Assembly (NCBI GenBank): GCA_965237805.1
Contig: OZ250153.1
Coordinates: 1,333,816 to 1,397,815, forward strand
Source: Gammaproteobacteria bacterium
GTDB lineage: Bacteria > Pseudomonadota > Gammaproteobacteria > JABABF01
DNA length: 64,000 bases
Reading direction: 5' to 3'
Shown: positions 1 through 8,995 of the stretch, in pieces
How the letters are laid out: each line of letters opens with the position of its first letter
Numbering within the stretch: position 1 is the stretch's first letter
Notes under the pieces: model-generated
Database searches by the model: none
Told to the model about the DNA's origin: nothing
The model's input: the letters and a program-made list of their open reading frames with translations, nothing else
Position numbers and translations under genes: made by a program

Positions 1-2469
1 GTGCCGCCGCCAACTGTAGCCCTCGTGCTGGGCCGTGCCCGAGCCCCTGTAGCCGCGCCATAAGCCCCAGCGCCCCAACCACTCGCTGTGCAATTGCAGC
101 TGCCAGAAAGTGCCGCTCAGGTAATACTTGACGGTGATCGGTGTCGCAGTTGCCGAGCCGACATTGGACAAGACTGCCAAGAGTGGCAAAGATTGCGCGG
201 TGTCGTCCGTTGCCAGTGTCAAAGAGAATGTGGATGGCAGCGCCGCGTCTGTGGCCAGCGGCAGCCAAGAAGATGTGGCGGTGCTGCCGTCCGTCCGCCA
301 GCCGAGAGCAATACTTAGCTGCGCCACTCCCGTGCCAGTGATGGGCCTGATCGTGGCAGTGCCAGTGCTGGCTATAGGGGTCGTGGCGGCCAGCTCCAGC
401 GGTAGCGCCGTCGCGCAGTTGTCCCTGAGCCGCTGTTCCCAAGGCACACCCTGTAGGCAGGCCCAAACTCGGTAGCTGCCAGTCGCGAGGCCGGTCGGTA
501 ATTGGCAATCGCGCCGCGCGAGGAGGCCGGCGCCAGCAGCCAATGTGGGCAGTTTGGCAGCGCCGCAGTCGAGCTGCTGGCGCCGTGCGGATGAGGAGTT
601 GGCGTAGTGCCAGTCCGTGCTGGCGGCATTGCCGTAGCCACCGTGCCGGCTGCGGTGCCAGCCGTGGTTCCGCAAGGCCCGCGCACGCTGCCATGGCCGT
701 TGCCAGCGATGCCAGTAGTGCACTCGGTTGGGGGCGATGAAATAACGCAGTTGGCTCGCTGCTGCCAGCGCAGCACCGGTATTCTCCGCCGCCAGCCACA
801 GCGACAGCGTGGCACTTGTGCCACTGCTCAGCACTGGCGTTGAGGTGGCCACGATGATGGTGGTGGCCGTCGACGCTGGCAGCCAGCTGCTAGCCGCCGC
901 CGGTGCACCACTTGCTGCCCAGTAGGCTTCGAGACGCAGATTGGGACGCGCCCCTGCAACCACGCTCAGCGACAGGCGCGCAGAGCAATTGTCCGCCCGC
1001 TGATGCTCCCACGGCACCGCTTGGACGCAGGCCCAGACCGAGTAGCTGCCAGCTGCCAGCCGCGCTGTCGGGACGCAGGATGCCGCCGCGGAGAAGCTGG
1101 CAGCTGTGGGAAGCGACGGCACCGAGCTCGGAGCGCAGGAGCTCAGGTGGATGGAGTGGAGTGCCGGATAGAGGAATCTCCCACGCCGCCAGCTGCGGTA
1201 CTCCGGGGCGATGTGGTAGGACAGTGAACTCGCCGCCGCCGTGGCGGTACCAGTGCTTGCCACTGTCAGCGATAGTGACAGCGTCGCGGTGCTACCGACC
1301 GTCAGTGTCAGTGCGGCTGTGTTGCTCGCCGCGCTGGGGATGCTCCATTGCAGCGCGGCAAAACTCAGATTGGGACGCGTGCCCTCGACCACGCTCAGCG
1401 CGAGCTGTGCCGAGCAGTTGTCGGCCCGCTGGCGCTCCCACGGCACTGCCTTGACGCAAGCCCAGATGCGGTAGTCCCCGATATCCAGACGCGAGGGCAG
1501 CTGACAGAGCGCCTGCGCGGAAAAGCGTCCCGCCGCCGCCAGCGCGGGTACAGCCACGGTATCGCAGCTCAAGTGCTTAGCCCACGACAGCCGGGTCACC
1601 GTGCCTCCCCCCCGCCACCAAGGGCGTGTGTACGTGCGCAGCTGCGCGATCCTATAGCTCAGCGATGTCGACGATGCGGTGGTGGTGCCGGTGTTATCCA
1701 CCGCCACCGACAACTCCAGCGTCGTGGCACCACCGGTTGCCAGCGTCAGAGTGTTCGTGCTGTTGGCAACGTTGTTCAGTCGTTGTAATTGTGTGCGTAG
1801 ATTTGGCTCCGGTCCTTGGCTCAGCGTCAATGCGATGCTCGCAGAGCAATTTTTGGCACTGCGCCGCCACCATCGCCAGCCGCGGGCCGACACTTTCGCA
1901 CAGGCCCACACTTGGTAATTGCCAGCTGTCAGCCTCGTCGGTAGCGAGCAGTCGCCGCGGACACCGAGCTGGGCGGTTGCGGCGAGGGTTGGTAGCGAGA
2001 GGGTGCCACCAGCGCCCGCCACCGTACAAAGCAGGCGGCGGCGGTACCAGCCGCGGTGGTTGCCCGCAGTGCCGGGGCTAGCCGCTATATAGGTATGCAG
2101 CTGAGCTGCGGGGAGGGTGGTCGTGCCCGCATTGCTCACGGCGAACCACAGCGAGACGCTGACCCTGCCGCCAGTGGCAAAAGCCAGTGTCGAAGTGGTG
2201 GTGACCGTGGTGGAGGAAAGCGCTGTCCAAGCGGTCGGGGCGGTGGTGTCCAGCGTCCAGCCCACAGTGGGCTGGGGCGCGGCGGTGGTGGCCGCGGATG
2301 CCAGTGGCGGAGCGAACACGCCCAGCAGCGCGGCCAGCGCCGCCACGCCGAGGGCGCGGCACGGAGTGTGTGGAGGAGGGCTACGGAAAGGAGGAGGGCG
2401 CGACCGGTAGTCGGCACTGTGGGGCAACGGCAAGCGGGGGCGCTGCTGGGCTGGAGGCATGGGCGACAT
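1..2469 (-). CDS. Secreted CARDB-like tandem-repeat protein. 3' end lies beyond the window's left edge (>=820 aa visible).
   Basis: Minus-strand translation from ATG ~2467-2469 (GGTGAG RBS upstream) gives a signal peptide (RALGVAALAALLGVFAPPLASA). After it come >=5 repeats of a ~146-aa module with motif G-x-Y-x-[VI]-W-A-C-[VL]-x-A-V-P-W-E-x-Q-R-A-D-N-C. The underlying DNA period is 438 bp (visible as spurious plus ORFs at 1241, 1679, 2117). It is not in the ORF track because there is no in-window stop; the other listed ORFs here are alternative-frame artefacts. Confidence 0.5.
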   Translation of the reverse strand, partial: MSPMPPAQQRPRLPLPHSADYRSRPPPFRSPPPHTPCRALGVAALAALLGVFAPPLASAATTAAPQPTVGWTLDTTAPTAWTALSSTTVTTTSTLAFATGGRVSVSLWFAVSNAGTTTLPAAQLHTYIAASPGTAGNHRGWYRRRLLCTVAGAGGTLSLPTLAATAQLGVRGDCSLPTRLTAGNYQVWACAKVSARGWRWWRRSAKNCSASIALTLSQGPEPNLRTQLQRLNNVANSTNTLTLATGGATTLELSVAVDNTGTTTASSTSLSYRIAQLRTYTRPWWRGGGTVTRLSWAKHLSCDTVAVPALAAAGRFSAQALCQLPSRLDIGDYRIWACVKAVPWERQRADNCSAQLALSVVEGTRPNLSFAALQWSIPSAASNTAALTLTVGSTATLSLSLTVASTGTATAAASSLSYHIAPEYRSWRRGRFLYPALHSIHLSSCAPSSVPSLPTAASFSAAASCVPTARLAAGSYSVWACVQAVPWEHQRADNCSARLSLSVVAGARPNLRLEAYWAASGAPAAASSWLPASTATTIIVATSTPVLSSGTSATLSLWLAAENTGAALAAASQLRYFIAPNRVHYWHRWQRPWQRARALRNHGWHRSRHGGYGNAASTDWHYANSSSARRQQLDCGAAKLPTLAAGAGLLARRDCQLPTGLATGSYRVWACLQGVPWEQRLRDNCATALPLELAATTPIASTGTATIRPITGTGVAQLSIALGWRTDGSTATSSWLPLATDAALPSTFSLTLATDDTAQSLPLLAVLSNVGSATATPITVKYYLSGTFWQLQLHSEWLGRWGLWRGYRGSGTAQHEGYSWRRH

Positions 2470-2615
2470 TTGACTCACCTCATGGCGGTACCATTCCCCC
2501 CCTTAAACACGGGACGACTATAGCCGACGCGGGCTGGTGGTGCAAGCTGGGGGGGCTCAGAGCCGGAGACCGGACGGCTACGGGAGCGCAGGGAGCCCAT
2601 CCCTGTCAACGCCCC

Positions 2616-5600
2616 CTATGACGTGTCGCGCCTCAAGTGCCGCTTCCCACCATATCGCTGCACGCAATAGGTCACCAGCAACAACAAGATGAGCAATGCC
2701 CAAGGGTCTATCACGCCACCACCATTTGGCACTGGGGGAGGTGTATCCGCCGTTTGCACGGCCACGGTGCCCGGATCGGCCACTTGCCCATTTTGAAAGC
2801 CATCGGCATCATTGGGGCCACCGTCCACTAAAGTGAGGAGCAGGCAGTCCCGACCTGCGAGCAGCCCCGCACCATAGCTGCTGGCCTCATCCGGACCGGG
2901 GCAAATGCCGTTGGCGGCACTTGCCGATGCCAAGGCATCGGCTCCACTGTCGTCAAAGCGAGCCCAATTGCCAGCCCGATCTTGCTTGAGATAGAGGGCA
3001 TTTGAGGGAATGGGGGTGGATAGGGGCAGCACGACGCGGTAGACATCGCTGTCGCCGCCGAGCACTTCAAAGTCATAGACCGCGCTGCGATCGACAATGT
3101 TGAATGTGTCGCTGCCGACGCTCACGCTGCCACCGATCGTAGACAACGCCACGCTCGAGGCGGCTAGCTCGGCGCGCTCTCCCAGACGCAATTGGGTGCC
3201 CACAGGGGACTGTGCCATGCGTGCCTCGGCAGGGTCGGATGAAATGGGCTGCGCGTTGGGCACATCCACATAGTCGCTCGCGTCAGGCACGCCGTCCATG
3301 TCTTGATCTGATACGCGGTCATCGTCGAGCGCCACCACCTTGAAGCGTTCTGCAACGTGGATGCTGGCATTGTCTGCATCGGTAATGATCAGGCTCAGCA
3401 GATAGGTCTTGCCAAGCTCCAACGCGGCTGGCGAGAAAGCAAAGGATGCGGAATCGGAGCCGCTGGCTTGGCCACTGAACAGCGCGCTGCTTCGATTTGG
3501 CAGAGGGCCGTTCACCGCAAAGGCAAAGGACAGGGCATCCCCATCCGGGTCTCTTGCCTGCGCCCTGACATCGACCGTGCCAGCGTCACGTGCCACCTGC
3601 TTGGAGGTTGTGTTGGATTGGCTGAGCTGCAACCTGTGGAACGTGGGCTTTAGATTGGCAGCGCCCGTTGGCAACACGCTCACTGCATGATTGGCGTTGC
3701 GTGGGCTTAGCGCCACTTGGGAGCTGAGCCCACTGCTCAATAGCGACAGGCGCACGGTGGCGGCATTGCCATCGGATGGCGAGAAGCCCGCTTTGATATC
3801 GAAAGTGACTGCTCCCAAGTCGCCCTGCGATAGGGTGATGGTGTTTGGTGGCGAGACATTGACCACATCGCTAGCGGACATGTTGCTGGAAAGCGACAGC
3901 GCATACGGTATGGAAACCGGGTAGAACGGGGCATTGCCGCTCAACCGTACCGGCACTTCCACGCTGAGGTTGGCGCTTGATGTTGGAGCACCGACACGCT
4001 GACTAGGCGCAAAGGCAACCAGCGGATGGATGTCCACCACCGATTGCGCCGTACCGACATTGCCAACGGTATCTTGGGCGGTCCATGTGATCTGGTGGCG
4101 GCCAGACGGCAAACGCATGCGGGCTCCAGCGGCAAAAGACCGTGAAGGTTGCAATCTGTTGCTGGTTGTCCTCAATACGCCCGTGGGTTGCACCGTGCCA
4201 TCGCGGGCATCAGCGGCGGTGGCGGACACCACGGCTGCCGTCATGATGCCCTGCGCCGTGAGCGCGCGGTCTGTGGCGGTGATGACCGGGGCGATGGTGT
4301 CTTTGACCACCGTGGCATAAATGGAAGCTTGGCCAGTTTGCTCTACCGTTATGGTGACATCACCCTCGCCGAGGGCCGACAGATCAAGAGGGCCCGTGTC
4401 CCATGTCCCTGTAGCACAGCTAGGGGTGCCGGTTCTGGACTGACTGCCGAGGCTAATGGAGTAGCTTACTGCCCCCCCAGTTGCGCAAGACCCAGATAGG
4501 CTGTAGCTGGATTGATTGCCGCTATAGATTGCCAGTCGGCATGAGTTATCACATGTTAGGGCTGTAGATTGGTCAATCGTGACGGTGACCCCCGAGGAGC
4601 AGTTGTTGGAGGTGCTAGACTCCCCCATTACTGCATCCACACAAGCCCCGATGTAATAGGTGCTTGGTGTTGCCAATGGGGGGACATCGCATCGTGCGGA
4701 TTCAAGACTGGTGAGATTGGTGGCAACGCTAGATACCAAGTCTGTACACAATTCAGTGTCTGCTGTTGAAATGCTCGCATCAGTCGACCACAGGTAGCGC
4801 ATGATGGTCTCTGCTGCTCTTGTTGTGCCAACGTTCCGTGCTATGGCGTTGATGGTGATGCGATCACCCGCTGCCACGGTAGTGGGATCGACAGAGACGG
4901 AATCCACCGTCCAGTCGGGGGCTCCGCCAACAATGGCTACTCCTTGGGAACAATTGTTGCTGGTGTTCGATTCAACGTTCAATGTGTCCACACAGGCACC
5001 GACGTAATAGGTCGAGCCCGCTGTAACTGATGTCGGTGCTGGGCAGGTCGCAGTTTCAGGACTGGTCTCACCCGCAGCACGGCTTGTTACGCGGTCTGTA
5101 CACAATTCAGTATCTGCTGTTGAAATGCTCGTATCGGTGGACCACAGGTAGCGCATAGTGGTCTCCGCTGCCGTTGCTGTGCCCGAATTTCGTGCTATGG
5201 CCTTGATGGTGATGTTGTCTCCTGCAGCCGCGATAGTGGGATTGACCGAGACGGAATCCACCGTCCAGTCGGGGGCGCCGGCACCACTCGCCGAGAAGGT
5301 GGCTGATATGGATTGGTTGGATTGGATCGTCAGTTGACAGTTGCCCGTGCCAGAACACCCGCCGCCACTCCACCCTGACAAGCTGGAACCGGCATCTGGG
5401 GATCCCGAGAGTTGTATGGAGGTTCCAGCATCGTAGCCATAACAGTTGGTTCCGCAACTAACGCCAGCAGGCGTAGGCGTCACGGTGCCGTTGCCAATGG
5501 CAGTCAGCGTTAATGTATAACGAGCGTTTATGGCCGCGTCATAACTCGCCAAACTGCTTGCGGCGTTCGTCCCGGTGTATACCACAAAATGCAAATGGTT

Positions 5601-8294
5601 GGCGGCACCAGTGGCGGTGCCAGACACATTGGAAATTTCGCCTATCTTTTGCCCTTTGGACACGCCGTCTCCATTACTGACTGCCTTATTCTCCATATGG
5701 AGGTATCCGCTCCACCAATAAGACCCGCTGGAGCCGTGCTTAATTAAGACTTGTCCATTTGTCCCGTCCGTGTTCAGCGAACCCCCGTAAGAGGTCTCAA
5801 CGACACCGTCTGCAACGGCATAAACGGGCATGCCATCATCAGAGTCATGGCTGGGGCAATTCAGGTTGGTATCCCAAGCATAGGTGTCATTGGCCTGCCC
5901 AATTCCACCCGTGCTTGAATGCCCGGGAAGTTGATGCTGATTAAAGCACCACGATGATCTTCCGTTAGCGCAACTGTTATCACAGGCTGCCAATGTGGTC
6001 ACAACATGGAGGTCGCCGTAGACTGGTGATGAGACGGATGACGGAGCACTATTAGGAGGGATGATCACCGGCACCCCCGGGGAGCAGTTGTTTAAGGTGC
6101 TGGACTCCCCGCTCACCGCTTCCACGCAGGCGCCGATGTAGTAGGTGGTGCCGCGCGTCGCCGACGAGGGCACCGTGCAGGTCTCGGATAAAGGGTCAGT
6201 CCCGCCAGCGGAGCGGCTTGACACGCTATCCGTGCACAACTGCATGTCGGATGGTGAAATCGTCGGGTCGTCGGACCAACGGTAGTGCATAGTGGTCCCC
6301 GCCGCCGCCGCCGTCCCCGAGTTCCTCGCCGTAGCGTAAATCGTGACCGACTGGCCCGGACCCACCGTGCTGGGGCTCACCAACACACTGTCCACCGTCC
6401 AGTCGGGGGCGCCGGCACCACTCGCCGAGAAGGTGGCTGATATGGATTGGTTGGATTGGATCGTCAGTTGACAGTTGCCCGTGCCAGAACACCCGCCGCC
6501 ACTCCACCCTGAAAAGCTGGAACCGGCATCTGGGGATCCCGAGAGTTGTATGGAGGTTCCAGCATCGTAGCCATAACAGTTGGTCCCGCAACTAACGCCA
6601 GCAGGCGTAGGCGTCACGGTGCCGTTGCCAATGGCAGTCAGCGTTAATGTATAACGAGCGTTTATGGCCGCGTCATAACTCACCAAACTGCTTGCGGAGT
6701 TCGTCCCGGTGTATACCACAAAATGCAAATGGTTGGCGGCACCAGTGGTGGTGCCAGACACATTGGAAATTTCGCCTATCTTTTGCCCTTTGGACACGCC
6801 GTCTCCATTACTGACTGCCTTATTCTCCATATGGAGGTATCCGCTCCACCAATAAGACCCGCTGGAGCCGTGCTTAATTAAGACTTGTCCATTTGTCCCG
6901 TCCGTGTTCAGCGAACCCCCGTAAGAGGTCTCAACGACACCGTCTGCAACGGCATAAACGGGCATGCCATCATCAGAGTCATGGCTGGGGCAATTCAGGT
7001 TGGTATCCCAAGCATAGGTGTCATTGGCCTGCCCAATTCCACCCGTGCTTGAATGCCCGGGAAGTTGATGCTGATTAAAGCACCACAATGATCTTCCGTT
7101 AGCGCAACTGTTATCACAGGCTGCCAATGTGGTCACAACATGGAGGTCGCCGTAGACTGGTGATGAGACGGATGACGGAGCACTATTAGGAGGGATGATC
7201 ACCGGCACCCCCGGGGAGCAGTTGTTTAAGGTGCTGGACTCCCCGCTCACCGCTTCCACGCAGGCGCCGATGTAGTAGGTGGTGCCGCGCGTCGCCGACG
7301 AGGGCACCGTGCAGGTCTCGGATAAAGGGTCAGTCCCGCCAGCGGAGCGGCTTGACACGCTATCCGTGCACAACTGCATGTCGGATGGTGAAATCGTCGG
7401 GTCGTCGGACCAACGGTAGTGCATAGTGGTCCCCGCCGCCGCCGCCGTCCCCGAGTTCCTCGCCGTAGCGTAAATCGTGACCGACTGGCCCGGACCCACC
7501 GTGCTGGGGCTCACCAACACACTGTCCACCGTCCAGTCGGGGGCGCCACTTTGATTTATTGTTACCCATGTGTATGTGTCACAATTGTTGTTTTTGTTGG
7601 ATTCCGTGCTTAGGAGACTTAAACAAGCCCCTATGTAGTACCGATCGCCTCGTATGACGCTTGAATCTATTGTGCACTTTGTGCTCAAAGAAAACGATTC
7701 TCCTGCTACACGGCTTGGTACATCGTCTGTACAAAGATCAAAATAATCGGTTGAACTTTTCTGCAAATAATATCTGATTGTTACGCCACGTGCAGGAGCT
7801 GCCCCTGCATTCCGCGCCGTAGCGTAAATAGTAATCCTGTCTCCTGGGTCTACGGAATTATCACTTACAGAAACTGAGTCACCAAGTGTCCAATCAGGGG
7901 TGCCATTATCGTGCAGCCATGTGAAGCTTGTTGAAGCTTCAGCAGACCAGCCTTCATAACTATTGGAACAATTCAGCTTGTCGCTGGGATTTATATTGCT
8001 ATCATCCCAACGAATTCGCCACCATTTATAAGTCGTGCCGGCCAAGTCCGCAGATGTAGGTCCTTTTGTTATTACCCCTGTTGCGCCATTGACTGCTTCG
8101 CATTGTTTGGTGCCCGCAGCTGTCCCCCGCACAGAAAGCCCTTGGCCATCGCTAAGATTAACAGTATCTGCTCCGGAATTCCTCACCACGATATGATCAT
8201 TGACTGCCAACGCCTGCGCCTCACCCATAGCAAAAAATTGCAGGCCGAACGCAACAAGTGCCAGCAACGTCATCTGGCGTATGTCATTTATCAT
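2616..8294 (-). CDS. Giant secreted multidomain protein (1892 aa): signal peptide, CARDB domains, 2x M23 (LytM-type) peptidase, 2x InlB-B-repeat-like, HYR, C-terminal GlyGly-CTERM-like anchor.
   Basis: Complete ORF. N-terminal signal peptide MTLLALVAFGLQFFAMGEAQA. CARDB end motifs (ESNTSNNCS, ESSTLNNCS). M23 motifs HDSDDGMPVYAVADG ... GYLHMENKAV ... HLHFVVY. GNGTVTPTPAGVSCGTNCYGY...FSGWSGGGCSGTGNCQL (InlB B-repeat-like). HYR-like DTIAPVITA...ITWTAQDTVGNVG. C-terminus PNGGGVIDPWALLILLLLVTYCVQRYGGKRHLRR. Confidence 0.85.
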   Translation of the reverse strand: MINDIRQMTLLALVAFGLQFFAMGEAQALAVNDHIVVRNSGADTVNLSDGQGLSVRGTAAGTKQCEAVNGATGVITKGPTSADLAGTTYKWWRIRWDDSNINPSDKLNCSNSYEGWSAEASTSFTWLHDNGTPDWTLGDSVSVSDNSVDPGDRITIYATARNAGAAPARGVTIRYYLQKSSTDYFDLCTDDVPSRVAGESFSLSTKCTIDSSVIRGDRYYIGACLSLLSTESNKNNNCDTYTWVTINQSGAPDWTVDSVLVSPSTVGPGQSVTIYATARNSGTAAAAGTTMHYRWSDDPTISPSDMQLCTDSVSSRSAGGTDPLSETCTVPSSATRGTTYYIGACVEAVSGESSTLNNCSPGVPVIIPPNSAPSSVSSPVYGDLHVVTTLAACDNSCANGRSLWCFNQHQLPGHSSTGGIGQANDTYAWDTNLNCPSHDSDDGMPVYAVADGVVETSYGGSLNTDGTNGQVLIKHGSSGSYWWSGYLHMENKAVSNGDGVSKGQKIGEISNVSGTTTGAANHLHFVVYTGTNSASSLVSYDAAINARYTLTLTAIGNGTVTPTPAGVSCGTNCYGYDAGTSIQLSGSPDAGSSFSGWSGGGCSGTGNCQLTIQSNQSISATFSASGAGAPDWTVDSVLVSPSTVGPGQSVTIYATARNSGTAAAAGTTMHYRWSDDPTISPSDMQLCTDSVSSRSAGGTDPLSETCTVPSSATRGTTYYIGACVEAVSGESSTLNNCSPGVPVIIPPNSAPSSVSSPVYGDLHVVTTLAACDNSCANGRSSWCFNQHQLPGHSSTGGIGQANDTYAWDTNLNCPSHDSDDGMPVYAVADGVVETSYGGSLNTDGTNGQVLIKHGSSGSYWWSGYLHMENKAVSNGDGVSKGQKIGEISNVSGTATGAANHLHFVVYTGTNAASSLASYDAAINARYTLTLTAIGNGTVTPTPAGVSCGTNCYGYDAGTSIQLSGSPDAGSSLSGWSGGGCSGTGNCQLTIQSNQSISATFSASGAGAPDWTVDSVSVNPTIAAAGDNITIKAIARNSGTATAAETTMRYLWSTDTSISTADTELCTDRVTSRAAGETSPETATCPAPTSVTAGSTYYVGACVDTLNVESNTSNNCSQGVAIVGGAPDWTVDSVSVDPTTVAAGDRITINAIARNVGTTRAAETIMRYLWSTDASISTADTELCTDLVSSVATNLTSLESARCDVPPLATPSTYYIGACVDAVMGESSTSNNCSSGVTVTIDQSTALTCDNSCRLAIYSGNQSSYSLSGSCATGGAVSYSISLGSQSRTGTPSCATGTWDTGPLDLSALGEGDVTITVEQTGQASIYATVVKDTIAPVITATDRALTAQGIMTAAVVSATAADARDGTVQPTGVLRTTSNRLQPSRSFAAGARMRLPSGRHQITWTAQDTVGNVGTAQSVVDIHPLVAFAPSQRVGAPTSSANLSVEVPVRLSGNAPFYPVSIPYALSLSSNMSASDVVNVSPPNTITLSQGDLGAVTFDIKAGFSPSDGNAATVRLSLLSSGLSSQVALSPRNANHAVSVLPTGAANLKPTFHRLQLSQSNTTSKQVARDAGTVDVRAQARDPDGDALSFAFAVNGPLPNRSSALFSGQASGSDSASFAFSPAALELGKTYLLSLIITDADNASIHVAERFKVVALDDDRVSDQDMDGVPDASDYVDVPNAQPISSDPAEARMAQSPVGTQLRLGERAELAASSVALSTIGGSVSVGSDTFNIVDRSAVYDFEVLGGDSDVYRVVLPLSTPIPSNALYLKQDRAGNWARFDDSGADALASASAANGICPGPDEASSYGAGLLAGRDCLLLTLVDGGPNDADGFQNGQVADPGTVAVQTADTPPPVPNGGGVIDPWALLILLLLVTYCVQRYGGKRHLRRDTS
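5277..7544 (-). repeat. Near-perfect tandem in-frame duplication (2 x 1134 bp = 378 aa each) inside the giant gene. Each copy carries CARDB, M23 peptidase and Ig-like repeat.
   Basis: Identical spurious plus ORFs at 5759..5944 and 6893..7078 (offset exactly 1134). Minus ORFs 5107..5457, 6226..6591 and 7360..7569 are near-identical. The two protein copies differ at about 5 residues. Confidence 0.85.
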
Positions 8295-8321
8295 ACACCC
8301 CCTCCCTTAAGAGGTGCATCA

Positions 8322-8933
8322 TCAACGCCACTTGTAGTGTGCTGATAATTGGAAGAACCGTAGCCTATCAAGCGATACGGCGACGAAGCCACAAGGAAGA
8401 CCAATTTCTGTGAACACGCAGACATCCAACCGGTCTTCTACATATTCAAAGTACTGGTACCGCATGTCTACGCCAATGGCGGAATCTGCTCCCATGGGGA
8501 CATCGATTCCCCCGAAGATCTGGATGCCACCAAGCAGCTTGTAATCATCGTCCAGCTTGACCTTGGAGCCGAATATAACTGCTTCATCTCTAATATCCAG
8601 CATTAGGCCGCCTCCACCACCCACATAGGTTTTGAACGGCAGGTCACCCAAAGGCAGGAAGAAGAAAGCATTGGCCATGAATTGAGGTGCGTGGAAATCG
8701 TCCCCACTCCAAAGATGGGCATACTCCAGTTCTATGCCCCACAACTCATCGAAAACTGTACCCAATGCCAGCCCCACGAAGCCACTATCACCAATCTCCA
8801 AAACCGGAACTTCCGTGGGCGAAGCTAGCCCTAGCGCGATTTTGGTATAGGCTTTGGTCTCTGCCTGTGCCAACGGCCCAAGCGTTGCCAGCAACAGCCC
8901 GGCCATGGCACAAAACAAAACACGAGCGCGCAT
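8322..8933 (-). CDS. Outer-membrane beta-barrel protein (OmpA/OmpW-like porin-family fold).
   Basis: Signal peptide MRARVLFCAMAGLLLATLGPLAQA (internal start of ORF 8322..8996). Alternating hydrophobic beta-strand pattern with aromatic-rich girdles. The C-terminus is not the canonical terminal F. Confidence 0.5.
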   Translation of the reverse strand: MRARVLFCAMAGLLLATLGPLAQAETKAYTKIALGLASPTEVPVLEIGDSGFVGLALGTVFDELWGIELEYAHLWSGDDFHAPQFMANAFFFLPLGDLPFKTYVGGGGGLMLDIRDEAVIFGSKVKLDDDYKLLGGIQIFGGIDVPMGADSAIGVDMRYQYFEYVEDRLDVCVFTEIGLPCGFVAVSLDRLRFFQLSAHYKWR

Positions 8934-8995
8934 ATGCCCGTGTCCGATCTGTTGGGCTTCATACGTGTCAATGTTCCTGGTGTTGCTCCTTGGCA

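Noticed and set aside
1-2600. Numerous plus- and minus-strand ORFs (e.g. 903..1454+, 1348..1788+, 1626..2081+, 372..824-, 1694..2029-, 2078..2362-, 2136..2417-) with Arg/Pro/Gly/Ala-rich translations.
   Set aside because: All three minus frames and several plus frames are open because of the ~68% GC content and the 438-bp repeat. Only one minus frame gives a signal peptide plus a coherent CARDB-like repeat, and that frame has no in-window stop, so the ORF track omitted it.
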